A stretch of DNA of 64,000 nucleotides from NCBI RefSeq assembly GCF_018977255.1, contig NW_024704742.1, positions 24,244,001 to 24,308,000 on the forward strand, given 5' to 3'. Origin of the DNA: Callorhinchus milii (lineage: Eukaryota). The translations under genes were made by a program, and so were the position numbers. Below the pieces are notes generated by a model. That model searched no databases and was not told the origin of the DNA. It saw nothing but the letters and a program-made list of their open reading frames with translations. Shown here in pieces: positions 25,280-36,000 of the stretch (its first letter is position 1; the number at the start of each line of letters is the position of its first letter).

Positions 25280-25561
25280 GAATAATAATAATCTTTGCAT
25301 GTCTTCTATACATCTCAAAGTGCTTCACAGAATGTACTGTAAAGTGAATTGACTGCATATTTGTAGGCGAAACACGGCAGCCAATTATGCACAGCAATGT
25401 CCCACAAACAGTCATGGATTGAAGTGACCAGTTTTATTATTTTTTTCTTGAGGGATTATTATCAGGAGTGTGAAGTAAGGAAACTTGCCCAGTGTTTTGC
25501 CCTGTCTGGAATCTCTCTCGCTTGCAAGACGAGTTCTCTAACCACTGAGCTGCAGGATTCC
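25280..25561 (-). mobile_element. SINE family A, near full length
   Basis: Reverse-strand head, CORE-like segment, Deu segment and tail. Confidence 0.85.
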
Positions 25562-26376
25562 TGTACAGTAGCCAAAGACTTGCCAAATATTGCCTAATAT
25601 TTTCTGGGATTAACTCAGCATGTTTTGTCCCCCTGGGGAGAGTGTGAGAAATAATATTAACTGATCCCACCCTAGAGCTAGGATGCCCATCCCAGTTGTT
25701 TGAAAAGCTCCAAATGGGAATCTTTCCTTTTGGGGCATAGATTTTACTGCAGTGATCACGGTGCCATTGTGCTCTGCAGACAAAAGGCAACTACTTATTA
25801 GAATACTGGGGAAATAAAAACACAGTCAATCCTTTTTATGCTGGGAAATACTTTGATCGTCTCTAAATGTGATCAGGGCGCTGTATCAAATGCAACGATT
25901 ATTGTTAAATGCAGTTGATAATATCATGAAAGTATCCCAAGAATAGGCAATGCTACCTACTGATATTGCTGAGCACACAGTAGTGCTGCCAGCACTTTCC
26001 TGGCGCAACCATACTAAACAGATGCTCCTGATACCAGGGTAGGGCTGGTTGATACTTGCTCTTGGTTTTTGTATTGTATAATCAAATGTAATTATTATGT
26101 TTCCCCTCCCTTTTAACCTAGAATTCTTTGCTTTCAGTTGAATGAATGGTTGGAGCTTTATTCTGGCAACATTTTTAGATTTATAGGAATGATAAAGGGA
26201 GAAGATTTTTGTCATCGAGCACTTGCTTGTGTTGGTTCCGCACTATACTCTTATTTAGTTTTACCTCAAATACTTACTCAACTTTTTTCTCTTTCTTTAG
26301 AAACATTGGATTATAAAAGAGCAATATTCTTCCGAAGCCCTGTGGTATCTCTTACTGTACAATTTGCTATTTTCAG

Positions 26377-26472
26377 GTTCTTCTTCCCCACCCACGAGTC
26401 CAGTTGTATTCCCAAGCAGTAAAGCTGCTAGCAGATTGGCTGAACAAGGACAGGATGTTTTCGTTCCTGCAG
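26377..26472 (+). CDS. ARFIP1: ARFIP1 96-nt frame-preserving (cassette-type) exon (SSSPPTSPVVFPSSKAASRLAEQGQDVFVPA-G)
   Basis: tttcag|GTTCT...GCAG|gtattc, phase 1 to 1; matches human SPAPPLPSVMSPSRVAASRLAQQGSDLIVPAG, the 32-aa insert that distinguishes the long and short arfaptin-1 isoforms. Confidence 0.92.
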
Positions 26473-28619
26473 GTATTCACTGCTCTGCCTGGAGAAGCAA
26501 CCCTTTCCCTGCTGGCGATATACTAATGCACTACATTGTTATCTTGCATGATGCTTACAGTTGATGGCATTAACACACCACTTGTGCAGGCTTACAGTAG
26601 CATTCCTCCTCCGCTCTCATCTTCCTTTTCCTCTGACCAAGCAGAGAAAGGTTTATCAATAATTACAATTTGTGGTGCTTTGGCTGACTGATTTCTTAAT
26701 ACTGATCGCTTTTCTTCTAGATGGATTTTAATTTATTTTATAGCTTGTGTAATCGAGGTCACATGAACTGTGAGATGTAACCATAAACTAACGTGACTAT
26801 GTTAGAATTTGATCATAAGCAAAAGCTGAAGTATAAAAGTACTTTGATCAGGAATGCATTTCTTGGTAACTATATAGCACTTCATTATCTCCTGCAAAAT
26901 CTTTCTAGCATATAAGTGGTCTATAAATCACACGCCATACTTGGAGGGTTTTGAGCAATTCTCTTTTTACAAGTTCAAAGTGTTTACTAACTATTTACCC
27001 TTCCTTTTGTCGATTTGAACTGAACTTTTAACTACTTTCTGAATGGGTTTGGCTCTTTTTTCCTATAAGAATTGCATAATGAAGTTTGGTGCAGTCTTCA
27101 TTCACTTGTGCATATTCTGTCTTCTTTATGCTTTAATTTTTTTTCTTTTGAGCTTGTGGAGAACATCTTGTTGAACAAGGACTTGTGGCTTCTGCACTGC
27201 TTTCAGTTTCTTGTACTTCTCTGGATTTTTGGAATGTATGGATACAACAAAAAGTGTACAAAGATGCAGCTGAAATGTAAATACTTTGTAAAATATCTCA
27301 TTTGTAATGTACAAAACTCCACAAAGCAGAGAAGAGAATTTCCTTTTCAATTGTGGGCAAGTGAAACAACAACAAATTACATTTGTAAGCGACTTTCACA
27401 TCAGGAGGAAGTCCCAAGGTGTTGAATAGTCAGGGATCTGCACAAAAAAGAGGGAAGAGATCAAAATTGTTAAGGGTAAGCTCCTTCTATTAGCCTCTTG
27501 GACAATGGCGCCGACTGATGTCACCGAGATACTCCCAAGGTTGCAAATCTGAGTTAGCTGATCTCAGTTGGTGTGATTTCCCTGTAATCTTGGGTTAAGG
27601 AGGGGGAAATCAGCCAGTATTACCATTCCTGATCATGAGCGGTATGGGTGAAAAGGATTGTTTAGTTCATTTAATCTCCTTGTTCCAGAATATTCCTGAC
27701 TCATTGGTCTTTGCATCTAGGGCTTGCTTTGATCTTTTTGCTGTTGATTTAGTTTCTCTTATTTTTGGTGCAGTCTTGTTTCCACTCTTGTCTTAATCTT
27801 TCAACATTTCGCATATTCTAATCAACAGGCCTAATCTCACTAAGCTTAACATTTTATCATTATCTAGAGCCCACATGCTGATTGGTGCGCATTCGGATGT
27901 TTGTTGAAGACAGAATTGGGCTCAACTTTGATTCCTCCCACCCACCCCCCCACTCCCTTCCTTGTCAAATAAGAAGCCTAACTTGCCTACATGAATATTA
28001 ACCACGAGGCAAACTGTACCAGAGGTCACCCTGTGCCTTTTTTAAAAGCACGCCTTGTGCCTTCATAACAGAGCTGTTATAAAAGTGAAAGAATTGAATA
28101 TTTACAGGAAAGGAAGAGAGGAGGAAAGACTCCCATCACTTTTTTAAAAAAAATTACCATGTGTACGTGAAATATAAAGACACACCCAGGGTCATTTGGT
28201 TGTCCGGTATTTATATTCAGTACAGTAAGCCGAGCATTTGCTCTATAACCAGAAAAACAAGTATATATCTGTAATGAAAATACTTTGTATTCATTTTTAT
28301 ATTTTGCACCCAGTAGTTAGTAAAACCTTGTATTAAAGATACCACAGCATAACTTGAGCTAACATTCATTGTTCTCTTTGTTGTGTTCTTTCTTCCTTTT
28401 TAACTCAGTACTGTCCAGCTTGGACTACAATCAAGTGATGGCCAGCAAATACAACACATTGTCATGCTGTGATGCATATCTAACCAAATGGTGTTGTTAT
28501 ATAATTTGTTGGATTTGTTCACATTGAATTTAAACTCCCTTTAACCTTCATTCTATTATCTGGAACAAGATGGCTGAACTGAATATATGAGAGCCTGATA
28601 ACATTTCATTGTCGCCTCC

Positions 28620-28940
28620 CAGATTTCTCCTTTCTCTCACCATCCAGTTGAAGTAGTTTCTGCTGAAGTAGTTTCAAGGTATTGTTCATCCATGACCTTT
28701 GGCAGTAAGCGTTAGGAAGCTATTTGACCAAGAGCTGTCAAAGCCGAGATTGTTACCTGGTGACCCCAATCCCTACTTCTACCAGGGAATGCTAAACTGT
28801 GATGGGGAAATACTTTTTTTAAAAATCCCCTCTGTTTGAGGCCATTTATAGGGTCTCATGAATGCCTATCTGAGATCAATTAAATCAGCACAGATGGTTG
28901 TAATTTGTGTGGTACACCACATGGTCCTCTGAGCCATCAA
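28620..28940 (-). mobile_element. AmnSINE2-like SINE, degenerate
   Basis: ctgagatcaattaaatcagcacaga...gagccatc corresponds to the reverse of the 17296 copy. Confidence 0.55.
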
Positions 28941-29128
28941 GGTAAACTTTTACATTGATATATATATTTTTGAAATTGTGTGCTTTTGTTTTGGCACCTT
29001 GCTTACAGTATTGGGTTTTCATATAAAGATGAGTGTTAATCCTCCATACTCTTTCTTACTAACTATTTCTTGAAATTTTCTACTTGTGTGATCAGCTTTT
29101 TGGAACTATTTTTCTTTGTTTAAAGCAG

Positions 29129-29241
29129 GTAACCTGAAGAGTACTCAGAGTGGACCAGTTGTTATTGCTGATGATCTTTCTAAGAATGTTGCTCTTGAAA
29201 AATTTGAACAGATGAAAAAATGGAGCATAAGCACTTACAAG
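29129..29241 (+). CDS. ARFIP1: ARFIP1 coding exon, 113 nt (NLKSTQSGPVVIADDLSKNVALEKFEQMKKWSISTYK), amphipathic-helix region
   Basis: aagcag|GTAAC...TACAAG|gtatgt; homologous to human SGPVILADEIKNPAMEKLELVRKWSLNTYK. Confidence 0.93.
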
Positions 29242-29269
29242 GTATGTATTGCGCAGCTGCTTATATTTC

Positions 29270-29585
29270 TTGAATAATTTGCTGCCTCTACGACCTGCTT
29301 ACTCCCCACTCCACCACCTGCTGGTTGGCTACGGCCTCCGGCTTGTCCCTCATCCCCTCAATTCCACCAACAGCAGCCATATTTTCAGCCAAAACTTTGT
29401 AACTCTCTCCCTCAATCCCTCCGCCTTGCCTCTTCCTTCCCCATTTTCAGATCAAACCTGAAGACGTTGCTCCTCGACCGTGCTGATAGTCATCTTCCCC
29501 CAGATCAGGGTTAAGCTCCACCACTGTTAACTGCTCCAAGTTGCTGCCCTGGAATAAGGGCACTGTATAAATGCAAGATGTTGTT
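29270..29585 (+). mobile_element. Old L2 3' fragment
   Basis: ccctccgccttgcc...gaagacgttgctcctcgaccgtgct plus tail. Confidence 0.65.
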
Positions 29586-29726
29586 AACGTTTAGCTGGTT
29601 ACAATAGAATCCTTAAAATGATGATTTTATTACTGCAATATGCATTTTTAAAATAGCCAAATACAACTCACTACAAAGCATAGCTCAGAATTGTTTCAAT
29701 GGAATGTTTCCTTATTGAGGTAATTA

Positions 29727-29900
29727 ATAATAATAATCCTTGCATTTGATGTTGCGCCTTATCAAGACTTTGTGATGTCTCAAAGCACTTCACAGTATAC
29801 TGTGAAGTGAATTCACTGTATATTTTGTAGCAGCCAATTGGGCACCACAGATCCCACAAACAGTATGGATTAAGTGACCGCATTTGTTTTAGGAATTATT
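29727..29900 (-). mobile_element. SINE A/B 3' tail
   Basis: (AAT)n cctt gcatttgat...cccacaaacag. Confidence 0.8.
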
Positions 29901-31489
29901 ATTTGATTGCAGCAAGGAGATTGTTGCCTTAATATGTCCATTGAACTTTATTTGTAGTCTTTTGTGACGTGCTGTGTATTGCTTTACTCGGTTTATATTG
30001 ATTTGCTTAACAAATCCTAATGCACGTCACAAAACCAAAGAGCAGCAGCCAAATAGATTCACAAATATCTATCTTTAAAAATAACTCATGCAAAACTGTA
30101 ACTAAAGTAAATGTTCAATGACTCATATGTATGTTAAATCTAGTGCCATATTATTACCATTCTTTATTAACATATTCCCCTTAGTTCATTTGGTGTTTTG
30201 TTTCTAACTTGTACAGTAGTTTGAATCATTTGAAAGTTTTGAGTTCTTTTCTGCCCCTGAGTAGAGGTTTCGATATCCAGTGCAGTGGAGTTCCTGATCA
30301 ATATATAATACCCTTCCATCCAGTTTTCCCTAAGAGGATGTTTTTGTGTAACTGGTTTCTCTTAATTGATTGGAATATTAAAAAGACTCAAGGTGCTAAT
30401 TTAAATGTTCATTAAATATTATTCTACCTCCACTGAATAGCATGTTCATTCCTGCAAACCCAAACCAGTTGTAATTGAAGTACTGTAATATCCTTTTTAT
30501 TGTTGCAAACTGAGAATTGGCTTCAATTACTTATTGAAAATAATCCATGTTTTTAATTGGTATTGTATGATGTTGATCCACACTGGGGATAAATCTCATA
30601 TTGGCAATACTAATGCAGTAAACATTGAAATGAATTGCTATCAAAAATGTCAACAACAAATTATATTTGTATAGCACCTTTCACATCAGGAGGACGTCCC
30701 AAAGCGCTGGACAGTCGGGTTTGGATATCACTAATATTGCTTTGCAAACATTTGCATGCTACATAGACAAAATATCAGCAGTTTCTTTAAAAATACAGCT
30801 GTGGAGCTGGCTAGCAAAATAAACAAGACCGCTCTTCAATTTGTTCATGAACCTAGATTAGAGCATCAGATGCACAAGGTGCAAGCCTGAAAGACTAGGG
30901 TATGTTATTCTACCCCCACCATTATTGGGGACAGAATAGCTCTTCGGACGTGGAAAATAAAAACTGAATATTAGTTTTACTAGTTTGGATTTTAGTATTT
31001 TACTGTTCTGCATTAAATTTAAGCCTGTGAATTTGTCCGTCAATGTTAAAGAAGTAATCTGATCAGAGATTGCATAAGTGATTCTCAGTGCAGTGATGCA
31101 GCTTAAGCAAGTCGATATTTGACAGCCTACAAGATCAAGATGTTGCCAAACCTTCAGTAAAAGCAGTGAGATTAATTATAGTTACTCTTTGATAAGGGAT
31201 CATCGGGTGTACACCCCCACAGAAACCTAGCCAAATACCAGTCTCCTGACTTCATTTATGCACATACTCTGACTGCTGAACGGAATAATCCTATTGAAGC
31301 AGCAAATAAATGATATTAATTTTATCCCAGATATTGGTTTGTGTGACATTTTCATAATTTTTATAATCGTTTGTACTAACTGCTTGAAAATCATTTTTTT
31401 TTACATTGTAGTCAACTTATTGAGGCAAGGCTTTGAAGAATCCTAATATATTAGTAAGACAAGCTACAGTACAAAACCTCTATACAAAT

Positions 31490-31780
31490 TGGGTACATGT
31501 TGGCAGACTATTCAACCATAGGTCATCATGTCTGATTCTAATCTTGTCTTCAGTTAAGATCCACATGTGTCCTTTCACTGGGTGATTGTCAGGAGTAGGA
31601 ATTGTGGCAGATTTCCCCACCCCAGGTCATTCAATCTGGGGACATTGAAGGCAATTGTAGCACCCCATTGTTGACTTGTTTGAAATCAGATCACCCACCA
31701 TAGGTCAGATCTCAGATGTTGCCACTGTGTGTGGTTCAGTATGCATCCTACCATCCATTTACCCACTGAACTGAGAAACT
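31490..31780 (-). mobile_element. AmnSINE2-like SINE, degenerate
   Basis: tggcagactattcaaccat...ggcaattgtagcacccc...catttacccactga. Confidence 0.6.
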
Positions 31781-32594
31781 CAGTTAAGGTTATTCAGTTT
31801 TAAAAAAAAATGCCTAACAAAGCAGGAGACTGATGGGCTAGTGGCAGATATACATTTTATTTCCTCTCCCATCTTGTTGAATATGCTCTGCAATGAAAAG
31901 AGCAGTTTTGTGAACAAACTATCGCTTAACTGTTCAGAGTTGGTTTGTTTGTAGTTCTGGGCATGCACAGTGTGGACATCCCCTGTCATTCTTCTAACTT
32001 GTATGGAGAAATATTGTGCCACTCAACACCCAAGCACACAGCTCAGTCTCAGACTAGAACCTGACTTGAGGTTCAATTCTGTCCATGAGCCTCTTTCCAT
32101 TTGTAACACGCTTGAACCGAACAATTGTGAGGGAGGCCGGCCAAGGTCACGAGCGGCTAGTCCATAAACAAGTTTCCAGGGTTACGCTTCTGGTTTTCTG
32201 TCCTTAGGGCAGGCTTGGCCGAGGCTGGAGGCAATTAACCCAGAAATGGGCAGCATAAGGGTATCACTCCCACTCTGCGGCGGTTGAAGCCATGAACTAA
32301 GAGCAGCAGGCTTGTTGCTGGCTCCCAAAAGGAAGGGAAATCTGAGTCAATCAGACCTCAAACACCCTGCCTTCCAGTCAGCTGGAACAGCACTCTCTTG
32401 GTGGGATAATCTCTTGGGAGGAGTCAGGTGGGGTATGAGATCTTTCTAGGAAAGCTGAGTTTGAAGAAGAGCATTTAAGTTGGTGACATCCCTTACTGTG
32501 GGTAGCCTATGCATGTGGTTTATCTTATCTGTCAGCATTGGGCCTACTAAAGTCATGTGTTTGTTTACACATGACATTGGTTCCTTCTGCTACA

Positions 32595-32975
32595 CTATGG
32601 TCTTGTTCCCCCCTACCTCTGAGACCTCCTAACCCCCTAACATCCTGCTGACTCCCTCCGCTCAGCGGGCTCCAGGCTGCTTCACATCCCCCGCCTCGCT
32701 CGCCCCACTATTGGCGGGCAGGCCTTTTGCCACTCTGCCCCCACTCTCTGGAACTCCATCCCGCAGTCCCTCCGCCTCGCCCCCTCCCTTTGCCACCCTC
32801 AAGACCCATCTCAAGACTCTCCTCTTCGACCGGTGCTTTCAATCTCCCTGCTTCCACTCCCCTGCTCTCCAGCCTCCCCGACCCCCAGCTCGGGTCCATA
32901 ACTCTGTCTGTCCAGCGCCTTAGGACGACCTCCCGACATGAAAGGCGCTTTACAAATGTAATGTTGGCGTTGTAC
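32595..32975 (+). mobile_element. L2 3' fragment
   Basis: IGGQAFCHSAPTLWNSIP-like frame plus tail. Confidence 0.85.
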
Positions 32976-32989
32976 ACTATCACACTCTT

Positions 32990-33741
32990 GCTGCTACGGC
33001 ACTACCTCACCCCTCACGCTGCTGAAACCCTGGTCCACGCCTTTATCACCTCAAGGCTGGACTATGGGAACTCTCTCCTCGCCGGCCTTCCCGCCACCTC
33101 CCTCCACAAGCTGCAGGTCATTCAGAACTCTGCAGCTCGTGTACTGTCCCGCACCAGGCTTCGGGACCACATCACTCCCACCCTCGCTCGCCTCCACTGG
33201 CTCCCCATTCCCCAGAGGATTGATTTCAAGATCCTCATCCTCACCTATAAGGCCATCCACGGCCTTGCTCCCTCCTACCTCTCTGACCTACTATCCCCCT
33301 ACCTACCTGCCCGTACCCTCCGTTCCTCCGGCTTCGGTCTGCTCCACGTCCCCCGCCCCAATCGCCCTACCATCGGTGGTCGGGCCTTCAGCCTCTCAGC
33401 CCCCAGGCTCTGGAACTCCATCCCCCAGTGCCTTCGCCGCTTCCTCCCTCTCCTCCTTCAAGGCCGGTCTCAAAACCTTTCTCTTTGACCGAGCCTTCAG
33501 CTCCCCTCTCGACTCTCTACCCCCTCCTCGCTCCCTCCCTTCCCTCCCCTCACCCTGACCATTTCCTCGCTCCCTCCCTTCCCTCCCCTCACCATTTATC
33601 CCCTCCTCGCTCCCTCCCTTCCCTCCCCTCACCCTGACCATTTCCCCCTGCTCGGGTCTTGACCCAACTGTGCAGCGCCTTGGGACGTCCTCCTGACGTG
33701 AAAGGCGCTTTATAAATGGAATCTTGTTGTTGTTGTTGTTG
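32990..33741 (+). mobile_element. Young L2 LINE 3' end (ORF2 C-terminus, C-rich tandem repeat, tail)
   Basis: Open frame [33 protein letters not shown]...HWLPIPQRIDFKILILTYKAIHGLAPSYL...APRLWNSIP; ends (TTG)n. Confidence 0.95.
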
Positions 33742-34437
33742 CTGCTGATTTCTGTTGAGAAATCTTGTATGATTATAGCTGAAGTTGTTTTCATATTAGA
33801 GTTGTCTATACTATGGGAAATTATCAAGTTGCAGTGCTGATACTTGAGAATTGCTCATAGTGCATTTGGCTGCAGCGTTAATGTTTAAAACATTCTCCCC
33901 CTTTTATTTCTGCCCCCCCCCNTTCCTTTGTTTCATGTCTCACATATATACGGAACCTAAGGGAATAATTATTTTTCCTGATCGACTGCAACTTAAATGA
34001 CTGGAATGGAAACCAGGAGCTGTGCCTGAATTTTGGGCTACATTTTTCCCAGCCTTTCTTATGACTCTGCTCCTGTTTGGTTTGCAATGCTCATGATAAA
34101 ACAGTCGCAAACATTTTATATTTGATGGTCGGTGAATATTCATGTATTACACAACGCACACAAACCTGCTTTCAAATAGCGTGCCGACCTTTCTGTCTCA
34201 GGTTGCATATAAATCATGAATACGTGGGAGAGGTTCTAGAGAAGCCAATGCTATACTGCCTTCAGGAGAAGAGGAGAGAAATTGGAGCTGAAAGAAAAAA
34301 TATTTTCTGAAATGAATTCTCTTTTTATTCATGTTCCCCCAAGTTTTTATATTTTAATAAATTGTCTATTATATACAACAATACCTCATTCTCTGCTTCA
34401 TCTGCCAAAACAAGTTGCTTTTGTGATTTTGATACAG

Positions 34438-34659
34438 TGCACGCGCCAGATTCTTTCTGAGAAGTTGGGACGTGGCTCAAAGACTGTGGATCTAGAGCTC
34501 GAAGCACAAATAGAATTATTGAGAGATACCAAGAAAAGATATGAAAATCTCCTGCGACTGGCTCGGATTCTGTCAACACAATTCTACCAAGTAGTACAGA
34601 CGCAGCGACAAATTGGAGATGCTTTTGGAGAGCTCAGTGTGAAGTCCCTAGAACTCCAT
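34438..34659 (+). CDS. ARFIP1: ARFIP1 coding exon, 222 nt (CTRQILSEKLGRGSKTVDLELEAQIELLRDTKKRYEN...KSLELH)
   Basis: tacag|TGCACG...CTCCAT|gtgagt; start of the arfaptin homology (AH/BAR) domain. Confidence 0.97.
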
Positions 34660-34842
34660 GTGAGTACTTATGATTTTATTCTTAATGTTCTTAAAATGTT
34701 CTGTTTAAATCAAACCCCAAAAGAACTGGTTTGGCTGCAAAGTATGTCAAGAATTGCAACATGAATCGTAGGTAAGTGGAGTTTGCACCAGTGAGTCTTA
34801 ACATGATTAACTCAGATTAGTTAAAGCACAAGACAAAAGATA

Positions 34843-34940
34843 TTACATAGATTGTACAGCAAGGAAATAGGCCATTCAGCCCAGCTAGTCTGTGCTGATG
34901 TTTATGCACCACTAGAGTCTCAACCCATTTCTTATCCTCT
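34843..34940 (-). mobile_element. CR1 3' tail fragment
   Basis: Reverse strand gggctgaatggcctatttccttgctgtacaatctatgtaa; an opposite-orientation copy lies at 36300-36410. Confidence 0.65.
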
Positions 34941-34999
34941 CCAACATGCTTCTCTCTCGTGTACATCCAAATATAAAAACCTTTAGACCGAAGGGAGCG

Positions 35000-36000
35000 A
35001 AGAGATAGATTCTTGGAATGGAATGCGCATTCTCTCCCTGGAGGGATGCATTTTGCTTACCCAAGTATTCGGCGAAGGTTGGCAAGAGCCAAGGCTTGGG
35101 GACCCCAGAGTGTGCTTTGGGGTACAACTGAAGTCTTAACCAGCTAAAACCGCATAACTTGCCATTGATATTGGGGTCTGACAAGCTTTCCTCTGGAACT
35201 GGACTATTGAGACTGCCACAGAGGATTGGCTCATTCCGGACATTCCATTGCCAGGCATGTCACCCTGGAGCAAGTTCAGCTCCAAGGAAACCCTGCTTCT
35301 CCTCTCCCCACCCCCCCCCCCCCCCCCCCACTAGGTGGATTCCAGGAGCAGGACATAGGAACGTGTGTTCACAAACTCGGACTCCAGGTAATGCCTTCCA
35401 GCAGCTGTCGCCCCAGGCCTCCAAGTTCCCTCATCAGATATCTGCCTTCAGGGTGGTGGTCGGACCTTTACAAGATAGCTTGTGAAGTGCCTGTCACCTT
35501 GATGTTTTTGAGGTCCAAGTCAAGGCTTACTCAGCACCAGCTGGTCAATCCAGGTCCTTCTCTTCGACCGTGCCTTCAGCTCCCCTCTCAACTCTCTACC
35601 CCCTCCTCGCTCCCTCCCTTCCCTACCCTGACCATTTCCCCCCTGCTCGGGTCCTGACCCAACTGTCCAGCGCCTTGGGACGTCCTCCCAACGTGAAAGG
35701 CGTCTATAAATGAAATCTTGTTGTTGTTGTTATGTGAGGGGCCACCGTGAAGTCAACTCCACCTCCAGGGTGCTTAGTGGCAGGTAGGCCGAAGCCCTCC
35801 CTATCTGCAGCCGCTTCCTGTGTTTGCCACAAATCCACCTCACTGCTTGATCCTGGATTTTGCAAATGGGTCGGTGGAAGCCTCTCCACTGCACCTCCAG
35901 GAGCTCAGATCCATAAAGGAGGACCGTTTGAATACAGGTCTTGTATGCCACAAATTTGACCTGTATTGGGAGCTTGCTGTCCTTGAAGTGGGATGAGCAG
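35000..36000 (-). mobile_element. Unclassified non-LTR retrotransposon (family X): ORF2 thumb-region remnant and long 3' UTR, interrupted by an L2 tail at 35559-35731
   Basis: Reverse frame YKTCIQTVLLYGSELL...KIQDQAVRWICG...LPLSTLEVEL, then RTWIDQLV; 35005-35300 is shared with 41121-41605, 55450-55828 and 61430-61870. Confidence 0.7.
35559..35731 (+). mobile_element. Young L2 3' UTR/tail nested in family X
   Basis: Near-identical to 33480-33740. Confidence 0.9.

Noticed and set aside
27150..27280. Possible extra exon containing LVEQG, similar to LAEQG of the cassette exon
   Set aside because: Only an ~11-nt match, a weak GAG acceptor, and an in-frame stop before any good donor.
32727..33488. 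253-aa ORF as a host gene
   Set aside because: Chance fusion of two adjacent L2 3' fragments. The conserved part is L2 ORF2 C-terminus with no RT core or promoter.
33912..33922. Ambiguous base N at the end of a poly-C run
   Set aside because: Assembly or sequencing artefact in a homopolymer.
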